Made by a program: the position numbers and the translations under genes. A stretch of DNA of 63,887 bases, the filler included, from Octopus bimaculoides (lineage: Eukaryota): assembly GCF_001194135.2 (NCBI RefSeq). It is 6 parts of 6 records of this genome, joined end to end, with 100 filler letters (N's around TTAATTAATTAA, not from the genome) between each part and the next. Parts side by side here need not be neighbours in the genome. Positions count along the whole stretch, not along the records: positions 1 to 12,435 come from NC_068991.1; positions 12,536 to 21,939 come from NC_068984.1; 4 more parts are not named here. One strand, written 5' to 3'. How positions within the stretch are numbered: position 1 is the stretch's first letter; every line of letters starts with the position of its first letter. The notes below the pieces were generated by a model. It worked only from the letters and a program-made list of their open reading frames with translations, was not told where the DNA came from and made no database searches. Positions 1 through 12,861 of this stretch are shown here, in pieces.

Positions 1-442
1 ATATATATATATATATATATATATAGATATAGATATATATATATATATACATATATATACATACATAATACTAATAATCGTAAGAAGAATAAGCTTCAAA
101 TATATTCTTCAAAATAACTATTCCTTTCTGTCATTTCCTGTCTTGTCACAATAATTTCCTGTCTGAATAGTTTTAATGACTCGTAGGAAAAAAAGTAAAT
201 AATAAAACAATGGCTGACTAAAGATGACACGGGAGAAAGGAAAAAAGTTAGATTTCCTCTCATCGTTTTGTCTTTCATTTTCATCTCGCCCTTCGTTCAC
301 AATGACTTGTCATTGTACATACTCATATGTATATACATTGTTACACACATACGTACAGGTCTATTTCGGCTCATATTTTCTTGCTATATGTGTGTGCGTC
401 TACATAAATGCATCCTCACACATGCACGCACACACACACACG

Positions 443-515
<73 letters not shown>

Positions 516-613
516 GTACGTATATATCTGTATATAAAGACATGTCTGTGTATACATTATATATATATGTACATAAACCTACATACGTTTATATGTGTAA
601 ATACATGTATATA

Positions 614-644
<31 letters not shown>

Positions 645-732
645 GCATACACATATGTAAATATGTATATACATATGAATGTATATATATATATGCTTAT
701 ATATGTATATATACACACATATGTATGTATAT

Positions 733-799
<67 letters not shown>

Positions 800-830
800 A
801 TATATATGTGTGCGTGTGTGTGTGTTTGTA
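1..830. repeat. Compound (AT)n/(CA)n/(TATG)n microsatellite tracts
   Basis: Dinucleotide runs at 1-62 and about 420-830; they account for the YIYI/HTHT ORFs. Confidence 0.95.
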
Positions 831-1299
831 TACTTACCTGTGTGCATCTGTCCCCGGTGCCCTCTTGTAGTTACATACTTACTTATACGTTTATGTTCTG
901 CATATTTTCTTCGTTGGTTTTATTTATGACCAAAAACCATCTACAGGGAACCATCAAATAACATATTATCATAAACAAAATTTGACGACTTACAAAAAGC
1001 GTACTTCGTACAACTTACACAATGCTCTCATTGTTTGTCTTCTTTGCAGCGATGAAAATAATTCTTTTGACACCAAGCTACTTCACTGTAGGCGTCCTCA
1101 CCTCTTCTTCTTTCATATTTGTCTCATTTACACAAAGGAACACACGGAAAATTTCTTGAAATTGTGATATATATGCTCAAGAATAATAAGAATACAACAC
1201 ATACGTAAGAATATAATAATGATAATAACAACAACAACAACAATAATAATAATAACAATAATAATAATAATGATTATAATGATAATAATAATAATAATA

Positions 1300-1521
1300 A
1301 ACGTCACCCTTTCAAAGCCTATCCAGGCTCATGGGCCCGGTTTCCCGGTTTCTATGGCGTATGTGGTTCTCCCGCCCCACCAGCTGGATGGGACGTCAGT
1401 CCATCGCAGCGTTACTCAAGAAGCAGAAAGAAAATGTGAGAGATAGTTGGGGCGAAAGAGTACAACATGAGTCACCACCACCCCTTGCCGCAGCCTCGTG
1501 GAGCTTAGGTTTTTTTCACTC
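1300..1521 (-). mobile_element. 5'-truncated SINE with V-domain-like segment, embedded in (AAT)n
   Basis: Minus strand reads GCTCCACGAGGCTG...GCTGCGATGGACTGACGTCCCATCCAG...GAAACCGGGCCCATGAGCC. Flanked on both sides by (AAT/AAC)n. Confidence 0.7.
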
Positions 1522-1568
<47 letters not shown>

Positions 1569-2392
1569 GGCATGATAGAGCCGCACANNNNNNNNNNGAC
1601 TTGGATCCAACTTGTACAAATGCAAAACAAAAGTCAAACATAAAATAATAATAATAATAATCATCACAACAACAACAATAATAATATTAATAAATAATGT
1701 TAAAAATGATGAACATTTTAATATCAGTAGTAATGAATTGTCAAAAGAAAATTGGTAGTTTAAATATACGCCTGAAATTGTCTCACAGAATGAGACAGTG
1801 ACCATTTATTTATGGGAAGCAATCCAAACAGACCTGTTGCCGTGCGAAATTCATATTGACCCAATATTATCAAGTGTTACTGAAATACGACACACGTATC
1901 GATCACAACTGAAAATAATGAAACGTTTGCAAGTTATACGCATCTAAGAAAGAGACTATTGATTGCAGTAAATGAAAATAAAGTCATGCTTATGGGTGCC
2001 TTTGAAATGACTAGAAACGTGCAAAGAAACAACGGGATTAACCACCGTAAAACTCATAATCACAATATTTTATTATCCTCATCGTCTTGTTAGTTTTGAT
2101 TAATTTCACCATTTGCTATTTATGGAACACAGGACATCGATGTATTTACTGAAATTTAGTCGATTTTAGATTGTCCCTTCTCAGGTCTTCTTGAATTCGA
2201 ATTTTCACCGTTGCTTCTGTAATTTTGCTTTTTCGATGTAAGGTATTTGGTTCTAAGCAAACCCATTTTTTGTAGGGGACCTACCAGGAGTTTGTGTCCT
2301 GTTGATATACCTCACAGAATCCTAGCGACACACCCGCCACCACGTCGAAACAAAGACTGGGTGTTGTATTTATTTGCTATAACGCCTTATAA

Positions 2393-2651
2393 AAGGACAA
2401 AAACATCCTTCACGAGTGCTGTGGACTCACAAGGACCAATGTCCCGGTTGCCGTGGCGTATATATGTTTACCCAATAGACCGAGTGCCAGTCCGTCGCAG
2501 GATTACTCATTTCTGCTCGCTGCGTGGACTGGAACAACATGAAATGAAATGTTTTATTCAAGAGCACAACATGTCACCCGGTGCAGGAATTGAAACCACC
2601 ATCTTACGATTATGAGTCCAACGCCCTAACCACTAGCCTATACGCCTCCAC
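2393..2651 (-). mobile_element. tRNA-derived SINE (CORE/V-like body)
   Basis: Minus strand head GGAGGCGTATAGGCTAGTGGTTAGGGCG...GGTTTCAATTCC (A and B boxes), then TGTGCTCTTGAATAAAACA and CCTGCGACGGACTGGCAC. Confidence 0.8.
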
Positions 2652-3030
2652 TACAAAGTATCATACATACCAATAAATAGATGATAAATAAATGTAGGTT
2701 TAGAAAAGCACGTGGGGACATAGCAGTAAAATATTCTTTAAAACGCTTTAGTATTGACGCTAAACAATAAGCATATTTCAAATTTGATAAATTTAATGAA
2801 ATATGGAACAAATGGAAATATATAAAAGAAAATTGCGTAACTCACACTGGACAAGACATTGCCATATAAAATGAATTAGGGTCCTCTCGACTACATTGCT
2901 TTCTCTATTAAACATCAGTGACATGGAATTCAATCATAAGTGGCCTATACTCCGTGTTAGGGATTTAAAGGCAAAATTCGATTTTTAAATTTGAAAGTAT
3001 CACATGGGCACATGAACAGACAAACACAGC

Positions 3031-3336
3031 ATATTTCGTCTGCTGCTACGTTCTGAGTTCAAATTTCGCCGAGGTCGACTTTGCTTTTCATCCTTTCGGG
3101 GTCGATTAAATAAGTACCAGTTACGCACTAGGGTCGATGTAATCGACTTAATTTTTTTGTCTGTCCTTGTTTGTCCCCTCTGTGTTTAGCCCCTTGTGGG
3201 CAATAAAGAAATAAGAAACGTTAGCACGACGGGCGAAATACTTGGCGGTATTTCGTCTGCTTTTCCGTCCTGAGTTCAAATTCCACCGAGGTTGACTTTG
3301 CCTTTCATCCTTTCGGGGTCGATAAATTAAGTACCA
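3031..3336 (+). mobile_element. Head-to-tail tandem of a SINE (217-bp period) running into a gap
   Basis: TATTTCGTCTGC at 3032 and 3249. Both units contain GAGTTCAAAT and GC(T/C)TTTCATCCTTTCGGGGTCGAT...AAGTACCA. Confidence 0.85.
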
Positions 3337-4019
3337 NNNNNNNNNNNNNNNNNNNNNNNNNNNNNNNNNNNNNNNNNNNNNNNNNNNNNNNNNNNNNNNN
3401 NNNNNNNNNNNNNNNNNNNNNNNNNNNNNNNNNNNNNNNNNNNNNNNNNNNNNNNNNNNNNNNNNNNNNNNNNNNNNNNNNNNNNNNNNNNNNNNNNNNN
3501 NNNNNNNNNNNNNNNNNNNNNNNNNNNNNNNNNNNNNNNNNNNNNNNNNNNNNNNNNNNNNNNNNNNNNNNNNNNNNNNNNNNNNNNNNNNNNNNNNNNN
3601 NNNNNNNNNNNNNNNNNNNNNNNNNNNNNNNNNNNNNNNNNNNNNNNNNNNNNNNNNNNNNNNNNNNNNNNNNNNNNNNNNNNNNNNNNNNNNNNNNNNN
3701 NNNNNNNNNNNNNNNNNNNNNNNNNNNNNNNNNNNNNNNNNNNNNNNNNNNNNNNNNNNNNNNNNNNNNNNNNNNNNNNNNNNNNNNNNNNNNNNNNNNN
3801 NNNNNNNNNNNNNNNNNNNNNNNNNNNNNNNNNNNNNNNNNNNNNNNNNNNNNNNNNNNNNNNNNNNNNNNNNNNNNNNNNNNNNNNNNNNNNNNNNNNN
3901 NNNNNNNNNNNNNNNNNNNNNNNNNNNNNNNNNNNNNNNNNNNNNNNNNNNNNNNNNNNNNNNNNNNNNNNNNNNNNNNNNNNNNNNNNNNNNNNNNNNN
4001 NNNNNNNNNNNNNNNNNNN

Positions 4020-4059
<40 letters not shown>

Positions 4060-4547
4060 ATTATACTCGCACACATGCATATATACGAGTACATAAGTGC
4101 ATACATGCACACGTAAGACGCTGCGTCTCTCTCTTAAGCCCAACATCTTCTGCACATGGTAGGACTCAAAGAAAATCTTATTCCATAGGAAATGGTTAAT
4201 CGTTTTGCTTTTAATACGTCCGGCAAAAACTTTAAAGTAATTTCATGGCATTATATACCGGAAGAGTCCATTTCCCCTTTAAACACAGAATACCTCACAA
4301 TAGCTACCATACTGCTAAAGTGGTCCGCCATGTATATATCTTTTACGATGGAGCTATTAGTTGCATAGCTTTTTGAATTATATATATAAGGTTTCAATCC
4401 TTAGGGAATTCTGTGTTACGCAAACATTTCATATACATACCTCATAATCGTTAGCAGATTTTAATAGTAACCACGACGCCAACGAATGCAATTCATAAAG
4501 TTCTATATACGCCTTTATATTCAATAACCCATATACGTAATAATATG

Positions 4548-4590
<43 letters not shown>

Positions 4591-5326
4591 NNNNNNNNNN
4601 NNNNNNNNNNNNNNNNNNNNNNNNNNNNNNNNNNNNNNNNNNNNNNNNNNNNNNNNNNNNNNNNNNNNNNNNNNNNNNNNNNNNNNNNNNNNNNNNNNNN
4701 NNNNNNNNNNNNNNNNNNNNNNNNNNNNNNNNNNNNNNNNNNNNNNNNNNNNNNNNNNNNNNNNNNNNNNNNNNNNNNNNNNNNNNNNNNNNNNNNNNNN
4801 NNNNNNNNNNNNNNNNNNNNNNNNNNNNNNNNNNNNNNNNNNNNNNNNNNNNNNNNNNNNNNNNNNNNNNNNNNNNNNNNNNNNNNNNNNNNNNNNNNNN
4901 NNNNNNNNNNNNNNNNNNNNNNNNNNNNNNNNNNNNNNNNNNNNNNNNNNNNNNNNNNNNNNNNNNNNNNNNNNNNNNNNNNNNNNNNNNNNNNNNNNNN
5001 NNNNNNNNNNNNNNNNNNNNNNNNNNNNNNNNNNNNNNNNNNNNNNNNNNNNNNNNNNNNNNNNNNNNNNNNNNNNNNNNNNNNNNNNNNNNNNNNNNNN
5101 NNNNNNNNNNNNNNNNNNNNNNNNNNNNNNNNNNNNNNNNNNNNNNNNNNNNNNNNNNNNNNNNNNNNNNNNNNNNNNNNNNNNNNNNNNNNNNNNNNNN
5201 NNNNNNNNNNNNNNNNNNNNNNNNNNNNNNNNNNNNNNNNNNNNNNNNNNNNNNNNNNNNNNNNNNNNNNNNNNNNNNNNNNNNNNNNNNNNNNNNNNNN
5301 NNNNNNNNNNNNNNNNNNNNNNNNNN

Positions 5327-5361
<35 letters not shown>

Positions 5362-8300
5362 GGATACATATATGAATGCACCTATAATATAGCTACAAGG
5401 AGATTGAAAGAGACAAAGAAAGAGAGATAGAGAGAGGATTGTAGAAGGGAACAAGACATACCAGATGCATAGATATAGAAGCAGATTACAACAAAGATAA
5501 GAAGAAATTGAGATGTTCAGATGATTCAAGTCAGTTCGAAGAATTACATGTAGTTAAGTCTATAAAATGAAGCATGTTTCAAATTATGGTAATATAGTTA
5601 TTGAGCGGTGTTTGTTAGTTTGCAAGAATTTATTAGACGCATTTGACAAGTGAAAATGTAATCACATCAATCAAAACATGCGACATTTAAAAGACGTTTT
5701 GGAAGCAGCTGAAAATTATGACAAGATACATCCCAGGCGAATAACCACAGGGTATTCAACATTGATCAATGACAGATGAATAAAACCACATAATACGATG
5801 TAGCACATGCAGTTTTATCGATTGATAGAAGCTCTGTTATCATGTGGTAGTCACCATAAAGTCGGCATGCTTATCATGAGAGTACACTGTAATAATATTC
5901 CTACCCCCCCCCCTTCAACCTGAAGCCGCTAAAAAAAAAAACCGTCACAGATGTGTATACAATTATGTGTAATATGTACACTGTACGAGGAGTGCGTTAA
6001 TTCGATTCGCATGAGTAGCGAATTATACATGTATGTATGTGTTTATGTGTTTATGTATATATGTATATATATATATATATNNNNNNNNNNNNNNNNNNNN
6101 NNNNNNNNNNNNNNNNNNNNNNNNNNNNNNNNNNNNNNNNNNNNNNNNNNNNNNNNNNNNNNNNNNNNNNNNNNNNNNNNNNNNNNNNNNNNNNNNNNNN
6201 NNNNNNNNNNNNNNNNNNNNNNNNNNNNNNNNNNNNNNNNNNNNNNNNNNNNNNNNNNNNNNNNNNNNNNNNNNNNNNNNNNNNNNNNNNNNNNNNNNNN
6301 NNNNNNNNNNNNNNNNNNNNNNNNNNNNNNNNNNNNNNNNNNNNNNNNNNNNNNNNNNNNNNNNNNNNNNNNNNNNNNNNNNNNNNNNNNNNNNNNNNNN
6401 NNNNNNNNNNNNNNNNNNNNNNNNNNNNNNNNNNNNNNNNNNNNNNNNNNNNNNNNNNNNNNNNNNNNNNNNNNNNNNNNNNNNNNNNNNNNNNNNNNNN
6501 NNNNNNNNNNNNNNNNNNNNNNNNNNNNNNNNNNNNNNNNNNNNNNNNNNNNNNNNNNNNNNNNNNNNNNNNNNNNNNNNNNNNNNNNNNNNNNNNNNNN
6601 NNNNNNNNNNNNNNNNNNNNNNNNNNNNNNNNNNNNNNNNNNNNNNNNNNNNNNNNNNNNNNNNNNNNNNNNNNNNNNNNNNNNNNNNNNNNNNNNNNNN
6701 NNNNNNNNNNNNNNNNNNNNNNNNNNNNNNNNNNNNNNNNNNNNNNNNNNNNNNNNNNNNNNNNNNNNNNNNNNNNNNNNNNNNNNNNNNNNNNNNNNNN
6801 NNNNNNNNNNNNNNNNNNNNNNNNNNNNNNNNNNNNNNNNNNNNNNNNNNNNNNNNNNNNNNNNNNNNNNNNNNNNNNNNNNNNNNACATACATTTATAT
6901 ATGTATGTATATATGTATATGTCATTATCATATATGCATTGATGCATTAATATGTAAAAAAAGTGGAAGAGTGTTATTTGATGGGGTAGATTATCTGCCA
7001 TCAATATACGACAGAAATATATAATTAATGTGTCACAATTATATACTCATGTATTCCATTTACTCACTGTTCCTGGCGATCTAACCCACACACAGAAACA
7101 CACACGCACACACACACACACATGACTAAGTAGTACTTCATTGAAATATATGCAAAGAAAAACTAAATATAAAGTATATATTCAAAGTATATACGCGTGT
7201 GTGTAGAGGCAAGTGTTCTCATACAGATTTGATTATTTCATTTGTAAGTTTTTAATATTTCGTATCAGCCTAGATTTCTCAATAATATACATTTGTGCCT
7301 TTTCTATATATGTCCCAAGGATAATAAGAATCATGTTTAATGTTAGTTGTTTTGGTCGTTTGACTTAATAGCTTAGAAATTTGAACTTATCATACATTAT
7401 AATTTATTTTGACATACTACTAAAAGGCCTGATAATGATGTACNNNNNNNNNNNNNNNNNNNNNNNNNNNNNNNNNNNNNNNNNNNNNNNNNNNNNNNNN
7501 NNNNNNNNNNNNNNNNNNNNNNNNNNNNNNNNNNNNNNNNNNNATATATATATATATATTCAGGTATGTATGTGTGTCTATGTATGTATGTGTCTGTTTG
7601 GCTGCACATTCATATATGCTTATAGATACGTGTTATATGTGCATGCAATCCAATACATAGGTAAGTATGTATGATACATATAATATTATTACGTGTATAT
7701 AGATAGTTAGATGAATAGACGGATAAACAGACAGACAGTTACATAGTCAGATAGATTGATAGAGAGACAGATAGATATATACATATATATATATGCATAT
7801 ATGCATACACATGTATATATATACACACACACATACATACACACATTCATATTCATCTATCCATATATAGAGATAGATATAGACATATCTCATATATATA
7901 TATGCATATATATGATATATACATACCTATATATATGATAAATATATATATGTATGTATATATATATATATTATAATCCTTTATAATGTGTTCAGGTTAA
8001 TAAAAAAAAAGCTCTATTTGTTCGCTGAACTTGTTAGAAATAGCCACAAACCANNNNNNNNNNNNNNNNNNNNNNNNNNNNNNNNNNNNNNNNNNNNNNN
8101 NNNNNNNNNNNNNNNNNNNNNNNNNNNNNNNNNNNNNNNNNNNNNNNNNNNNNNNNNNNNNNNNNNNNNNNNNNNNNNNNNNNNNNNNNNNNNNNNNNNN
8201 NNNNNNNNNNNNNNNNNNNNNNNNNNNNNNNNNNNNNNNNNNNNNNNNNNNNNNNNNNNNNNNNNNNNNNNNNNNNNNNNNNNNNNNNNNNNNNNNNNNN

Positions 8301-8714
8301 NNATATATACATATGTATGTATATATATATATATTATAATCCTTTATAATGTGTTCAGGTTAATAAAAAAAAAGCTCTATTTGTTCGCTGAACTTGTTAG
8401 AAATAGCCACAAACCATTCCTCAATTTACACTTTAATAAAGTGTCAGAAAAGCAAGGTACCACTTGATAATTTGAACTTTGAAATTCAACAACCTATTAT
8501 ATTACAGTTGCGTGTGAGCTACCATACATTTTACCATTGTTCTTCAAAATCATGCTCTGTCTGTTTGTAGGTGTATGCATGTGAACGTGTGCATGCTCAG
8601 TTAGGGCGTCCAATAGAACGTCTTACGTTATTAGTATTTGTTCAGTATTCTTTATATTCTGGCGTCGAGTTCTGTGAAGATTAAGTTTCGGGATTTTATC
8701 TCCATTTTCATGAA

Positions 8715-8978
8715 CTCCTTTACATTACTGTTTTCGTACTATAACTCAGAAGACCGGTTATCCGGTTTCCATAGCGCAAAAGTGACCTATACTGAATTGT
8801 TCCCCTTCTGCTGAACGCCCGTACGTCGAAGGGTTATTTATTTACAGTCTTAGTGGACAGAAGCTACGTGAAAGGAAGTGTTTTCTTCAAGGACACAACG
8901 TACCACCCGTTCCGTGAATCGAAAACACGATATTGTAACCTGAGTGCATCGCCTTGATGATTAGGGGCCGCGCCCTCA
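8715..8978 (-). mobile_element. Degenerate tRNA-derived SINE
   Basis: TTCAAGGACACAAC and GAATCGAAAACACGA motifs; same family as 2393-2651. Confidence 0.6.
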
Positions 8979-9180
8979 TTTTCATCTTTCGAGCGTGCTA
9001 AAATAAAGTCAGAACCAATTATAGAAATCGACAGCTGACCTTCTGTCTATATGGCCGTATGTACTAAGAAAATTTCATTTATCCCTGCTTTTAGTGCTCT
9101 GGGCCGTAATCCCGCCGAGGTCAAGTTTGCTTTTCGTTCTGGTAATCGGTTAGACTCTTCGCTATGTTTCATCGGTTAAG

Positions 9181-9460
9181 GTGCAGGGGGTTTATTGTTT
9201 AGGATTTTCGGCTAGATCGTTGTGTTCTTGAGCAAGACACTTCATTTCACGTTGCTCCAGTCCACTCAGCTACCAAAATTGAGTAGTACCTGTACCTGAA
9301 TTACAGAAGCCCAGTCTTGTCACGTTCTGTGTCATGCTCAATCTCCTTGAGAACTACGTTAGGGGTACGTGTGTCTGTGGACTGCTCTGCTACTTATACG
9401 TTAATTTCACGAGTAGGGCCAATTATGTTCCATTGTGAGAAGAATCGTGGATATTTACAA
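9181..9460 (+). mobile_element. Degenerate SINE with CORE-like domain
   Basis: TGTGTTCTTGAGCAAGACACTTCATTTCACGTTGCTCCAGTCCACTCAGC. Confidence 0.65.
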
Positions 9461-9616
9461 AAACAATTTATAAAGTATCTATTCGTCGAGAAGTCAGACT
9501 AATGGTGTTTAGCAACAACTTGTTATAACTACATTTTTATAACTTTGCTTTTGTGTCTATGAAACCTTTCTTTTCGAAAGCTGAGATAATTTGGCTCTTG
9601 GTAGCTTGATTTTGTC

Positions 9617-9655
<39 letters not shown>

Positions 9656-9676
9656 TATTATTATTATTATTATTAA

Positions 9677-9890
9677 AGCGGTGAGCTGGCAGAGACTTTA
9701 GCACGCCGAGAGAAATGCGTAACGGTAATTCACCCGTCGCTACACACTGAGTTTAAATGTCGTCGAGGTCAATTTTGTGTTTCACCATTTTGGGGTCGAT
9801 AAATTAAGTACCAGTTGAACACTGGGATCGATGTAATTGATTATCCCCCTCCCACAAATGTCTGGCCTTGTGCCTATAGTAGAAACGATT
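9677..9890 (+). mobile_element. Full-length SINE (GCGGTGAGCTGGCAG family) inside (TTA)n
   Basis: Head GCGGTGAGCTGGCAGA, core GGGGTCGATAAATTAAGTACCAG, tail GGCCTTGTGCCTATAGTAGAAAC; (TTA)n on both sides. Confidence 0.85.
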
Positions 9891-10163
9891 ATTATTATTA
9901 TTTATTATTTTATAGGCAATAACTGCTTAAGTGTTGCGTCTAAATGTGAGATGGAAGAACGTGGAGAAGTGAGGTAATTGTTCACTTCTGGCCAGCTTTA
10001 AGTAACAGTTTCGGTGTTAAAGGTGCATTCGAAGGAATCTGTTTCTACACTATGATAGTAGTATGCATGTATCTACTATGAAAGTATGGAAATCAAAGTT
10101 AAAAATCGATGACATTTTAAATACAGTTCTTTTAATGAATAAGGGAAAATATAACTCTAAGTT

Positions 10164-10380
10164 ATTAATAGTTATCACCAAGCTAACATGGCAGTCCAAA
10201 AAAAATAGGACGAATGTTGCCGTTGATATTAGCTGCAAAAGACCATCGCCTTTGGAGCTAACCAACGGCAGCATTTGTCCTATTTTTTTGGACTGCCATG
10301 TTAGCTTGGCGATAACTATTAATATCCAGTACCGCTGCCGTAGTCACCTTTAGAGAAACTTAGAAATATTAATATTTCTA
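10164..10380. repeat. Fold-back (inverted duplication) copy of the 22-kb hammerhead repeat family
   Basis: 10164-10323 is a near-perfect 160-bp hairpin (ATTAATAGTTATC...GATAACTATTAAT). The right arm matches 22040-22139, including the palindrome TAGAAATATTAATATTTCTA at 10361-10380. Confidence 0.85.
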
Positions 10381-11150
10381 TATAAAAGTATAAGTGTTTT
10401 GACAAATAACAACAAAATAGTGTCTTTCACAGCACAATATTTCATTAACTGATAGAGCTCCATTACGCGATCATTCGACATGAGAGTAACAGCAGCCAAA
10501 CGTCCCTCATATCGTACCTTTCTCTCTCAGATGGTAGTTTCTGATTAAGGCACAAGGTTAATAACTTCGAAGGAATTTTGGTTTAGCAGACACCATTGAT
10601 TCTGTACTCGATTAGTACTTTATTTTATCGCTCCAGAAAAGAATGAAAAGCAATGTTAAACATTACAGGAATTTGAATCCAAAACAAAACTTTAAATAAT
10701 GGTAATACATATTGGGAAATATAACCCTGCATGTATTTATTATGAGGGGTTGTTCAAAGAGGAAATGGTTTCAGGCATTGGCTCTTGGAGGTAGATAGAC
10801 AAACTCTTACCGTTATTGAAATACACATATTTTCAACAGTTTGCACCGCTTGACAGGGTTTGAGATTTTTATTCGTAGACAGAAATAGCAACTCTAAAAG
10901 TATGTATTAAAGATTGTGGAGTATCTTTCGTTACATAAGAGGAACTTTACTTGGTTTTTATCATCCCATACTTGAGAGAAACTTCTCGGCTTTCACAATG
11001 TTAATTAGCGATTCAAGAAATGTCAAAAGTTTTTAATAAAAAAATATATATAATTATTAGTTTTAAATATTAATGTTACAGGATAATTCTTAAACATGTT
11101 TGCGCACATGTGGGCGTGTATACACACACACTCACACAAACACACAGATA

Positions 11151-11189
<39 letters not shown>

Positions 11190-11912
11190 NNNNNNNNNNN
11201 NNNNNNNNNNNNNNNNNNNNNNNNNNNNNNNNNNNNNNNNNNNNNNNNNNNNNNNNNNNNNNNNNNNNNNNNNNNNNNNNNNNNNNNNNNNNNNNNNNNN
11301 NNNNNNNNNNNNNNNNNNNNNNNNNNNNNNNNNNNNNNNNNNNNNNNNNNNNNNNNNNNNNNNNNNNNNNNNNNNNNNNNNNNNNNNNNNNNNNNNNNNN
11401 NNNNNNNNNNNNNNNNNNNNNNNNNNNNNNNNNNNNNNNNNNNNNNNNNNNNNNNNNNNNNNNNNNNNNNNNNNNNNNNNNNNNNNNNNNNNNNNNNNNN
11501 NNNNNNNNNNNNNNNNNNNNNNNNNNNNNNNNNNNNNNNNNNNNNNNNNNNNNNNNNNNNNNNNNNNNNNNNNNNNNNNNNNNNNNNNNNNNNNNNNNNN
11601 NNNNNNNNNNNNNNNNNNNNNNNNNNNNNNNNNNNNNNNNNNNNNNNNNNNNNNNNNNNNNNNNNNNNNNNNNNNNNNNNNNNNNNNNNNNNNNNNNNNN
11701 NNNNNNNNNNNNNNNNNNNNNNNNNNNNNNNNNNNNNNNNNNNNNNNNNNNNNNNNNNNNNNNNNNNNNNNNNNNNNNNNNNNNNNNNNNNNNNNNNNNN
11801 NNNNNNNNNNNNNNNNNNNNNNNNNNNNNNNNNNNNNNNNNNNNNNNNNNNNNNNNNNNNNNNNNNNNNNNNNNNNNNNNNNNNNNNNNNNNNNNNNNNN
11901 NNNNNNNNNNNN

Positions 11913-11972
<60 letters not shown>

Positions 11973-12280
11973 ATTCTTCTAGTTTGTTATTCACTGTCGT
12001 TGTTTGAATTTCAGAATATATATATATTTTACAGTATTTCCTATAGATATTTCTTTTCTTATTAAATGAATAATGTATGTTTGTATAATTTGCCAAATAT
12101 TTACACATAGAGATGTTAATTCCTCTTAACAAAGACTTGACGGCGGAATGAAAATATTTAAATATTTACATAAATAAGCATTGAGCTGTTTGAATGTCGA
12201 ATGTGTTTTGTCCTGTCAAAAATTTTACCAAGGTACGCTTGCGCACAAACATACGCTCACACTTTAGCGCACACACATGC

Positions 12281-12311
<31 letters not shown>

Positions 12312-12395
12312 GGTAGTCATGTATATATGCTTGCATCAATCTTTGTGTGTACACATGCATGTATGTATATCTGTCTGTCACTATGTATGCATGCA

Positions 12396-12435
<40 letters not shown>

Positions 12436-12479
12436 NNNNNNNNNNNNNNNNNNNNNNNNNNNNNNNNNNNNNNNNNNNN

Positions 12480-12491
12480 TTAATTAATTAA
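12480..12491. other. Artificial scaffolding linker TTAATTAATTAA inside N gaps (also 21984, 50886, 55235, 59728)
   Basis: The same palindromic 12-mer, which has stops in all six frames, is centred in N runs five times. Confidence 0.9.
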
Positions 12492-12861
12492 NNNNNNNNN
12501 NNNNNNNNNNNNNNNNNNNNNNNNNNNNNNNNNNNATATACACACACACACATATACATATATACACACACACACACACTCATACATATACATGTATACA
12601 CATACACACATATATATATACATATGCATATTTATGTACCCACATATATGTCCACTTAAATATCAAGTGTTAGCCAGCACAATGCCAGCAAGGTATAATT
12701 AGTTATCGCTAGCGAAAAGCGGTGCCCTAGTACTAGGTTTTCTCTTATATTAGTTATATGTATGTAGATAACAGAATTTTATATGCCATAATATAGCATA
12801 GGAATAGTGGTTAACTTAAATATATACTATTTAAAACATGTGCGGTATCTTGACCCGAGTT

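Noticed and set aside
224-961. Long ORFs rich in YI/HT/CV/RE/LS, or filled with X, throughout the ORF track
   Set aside because: They are translations of microsatellites and N gaps, not genes.
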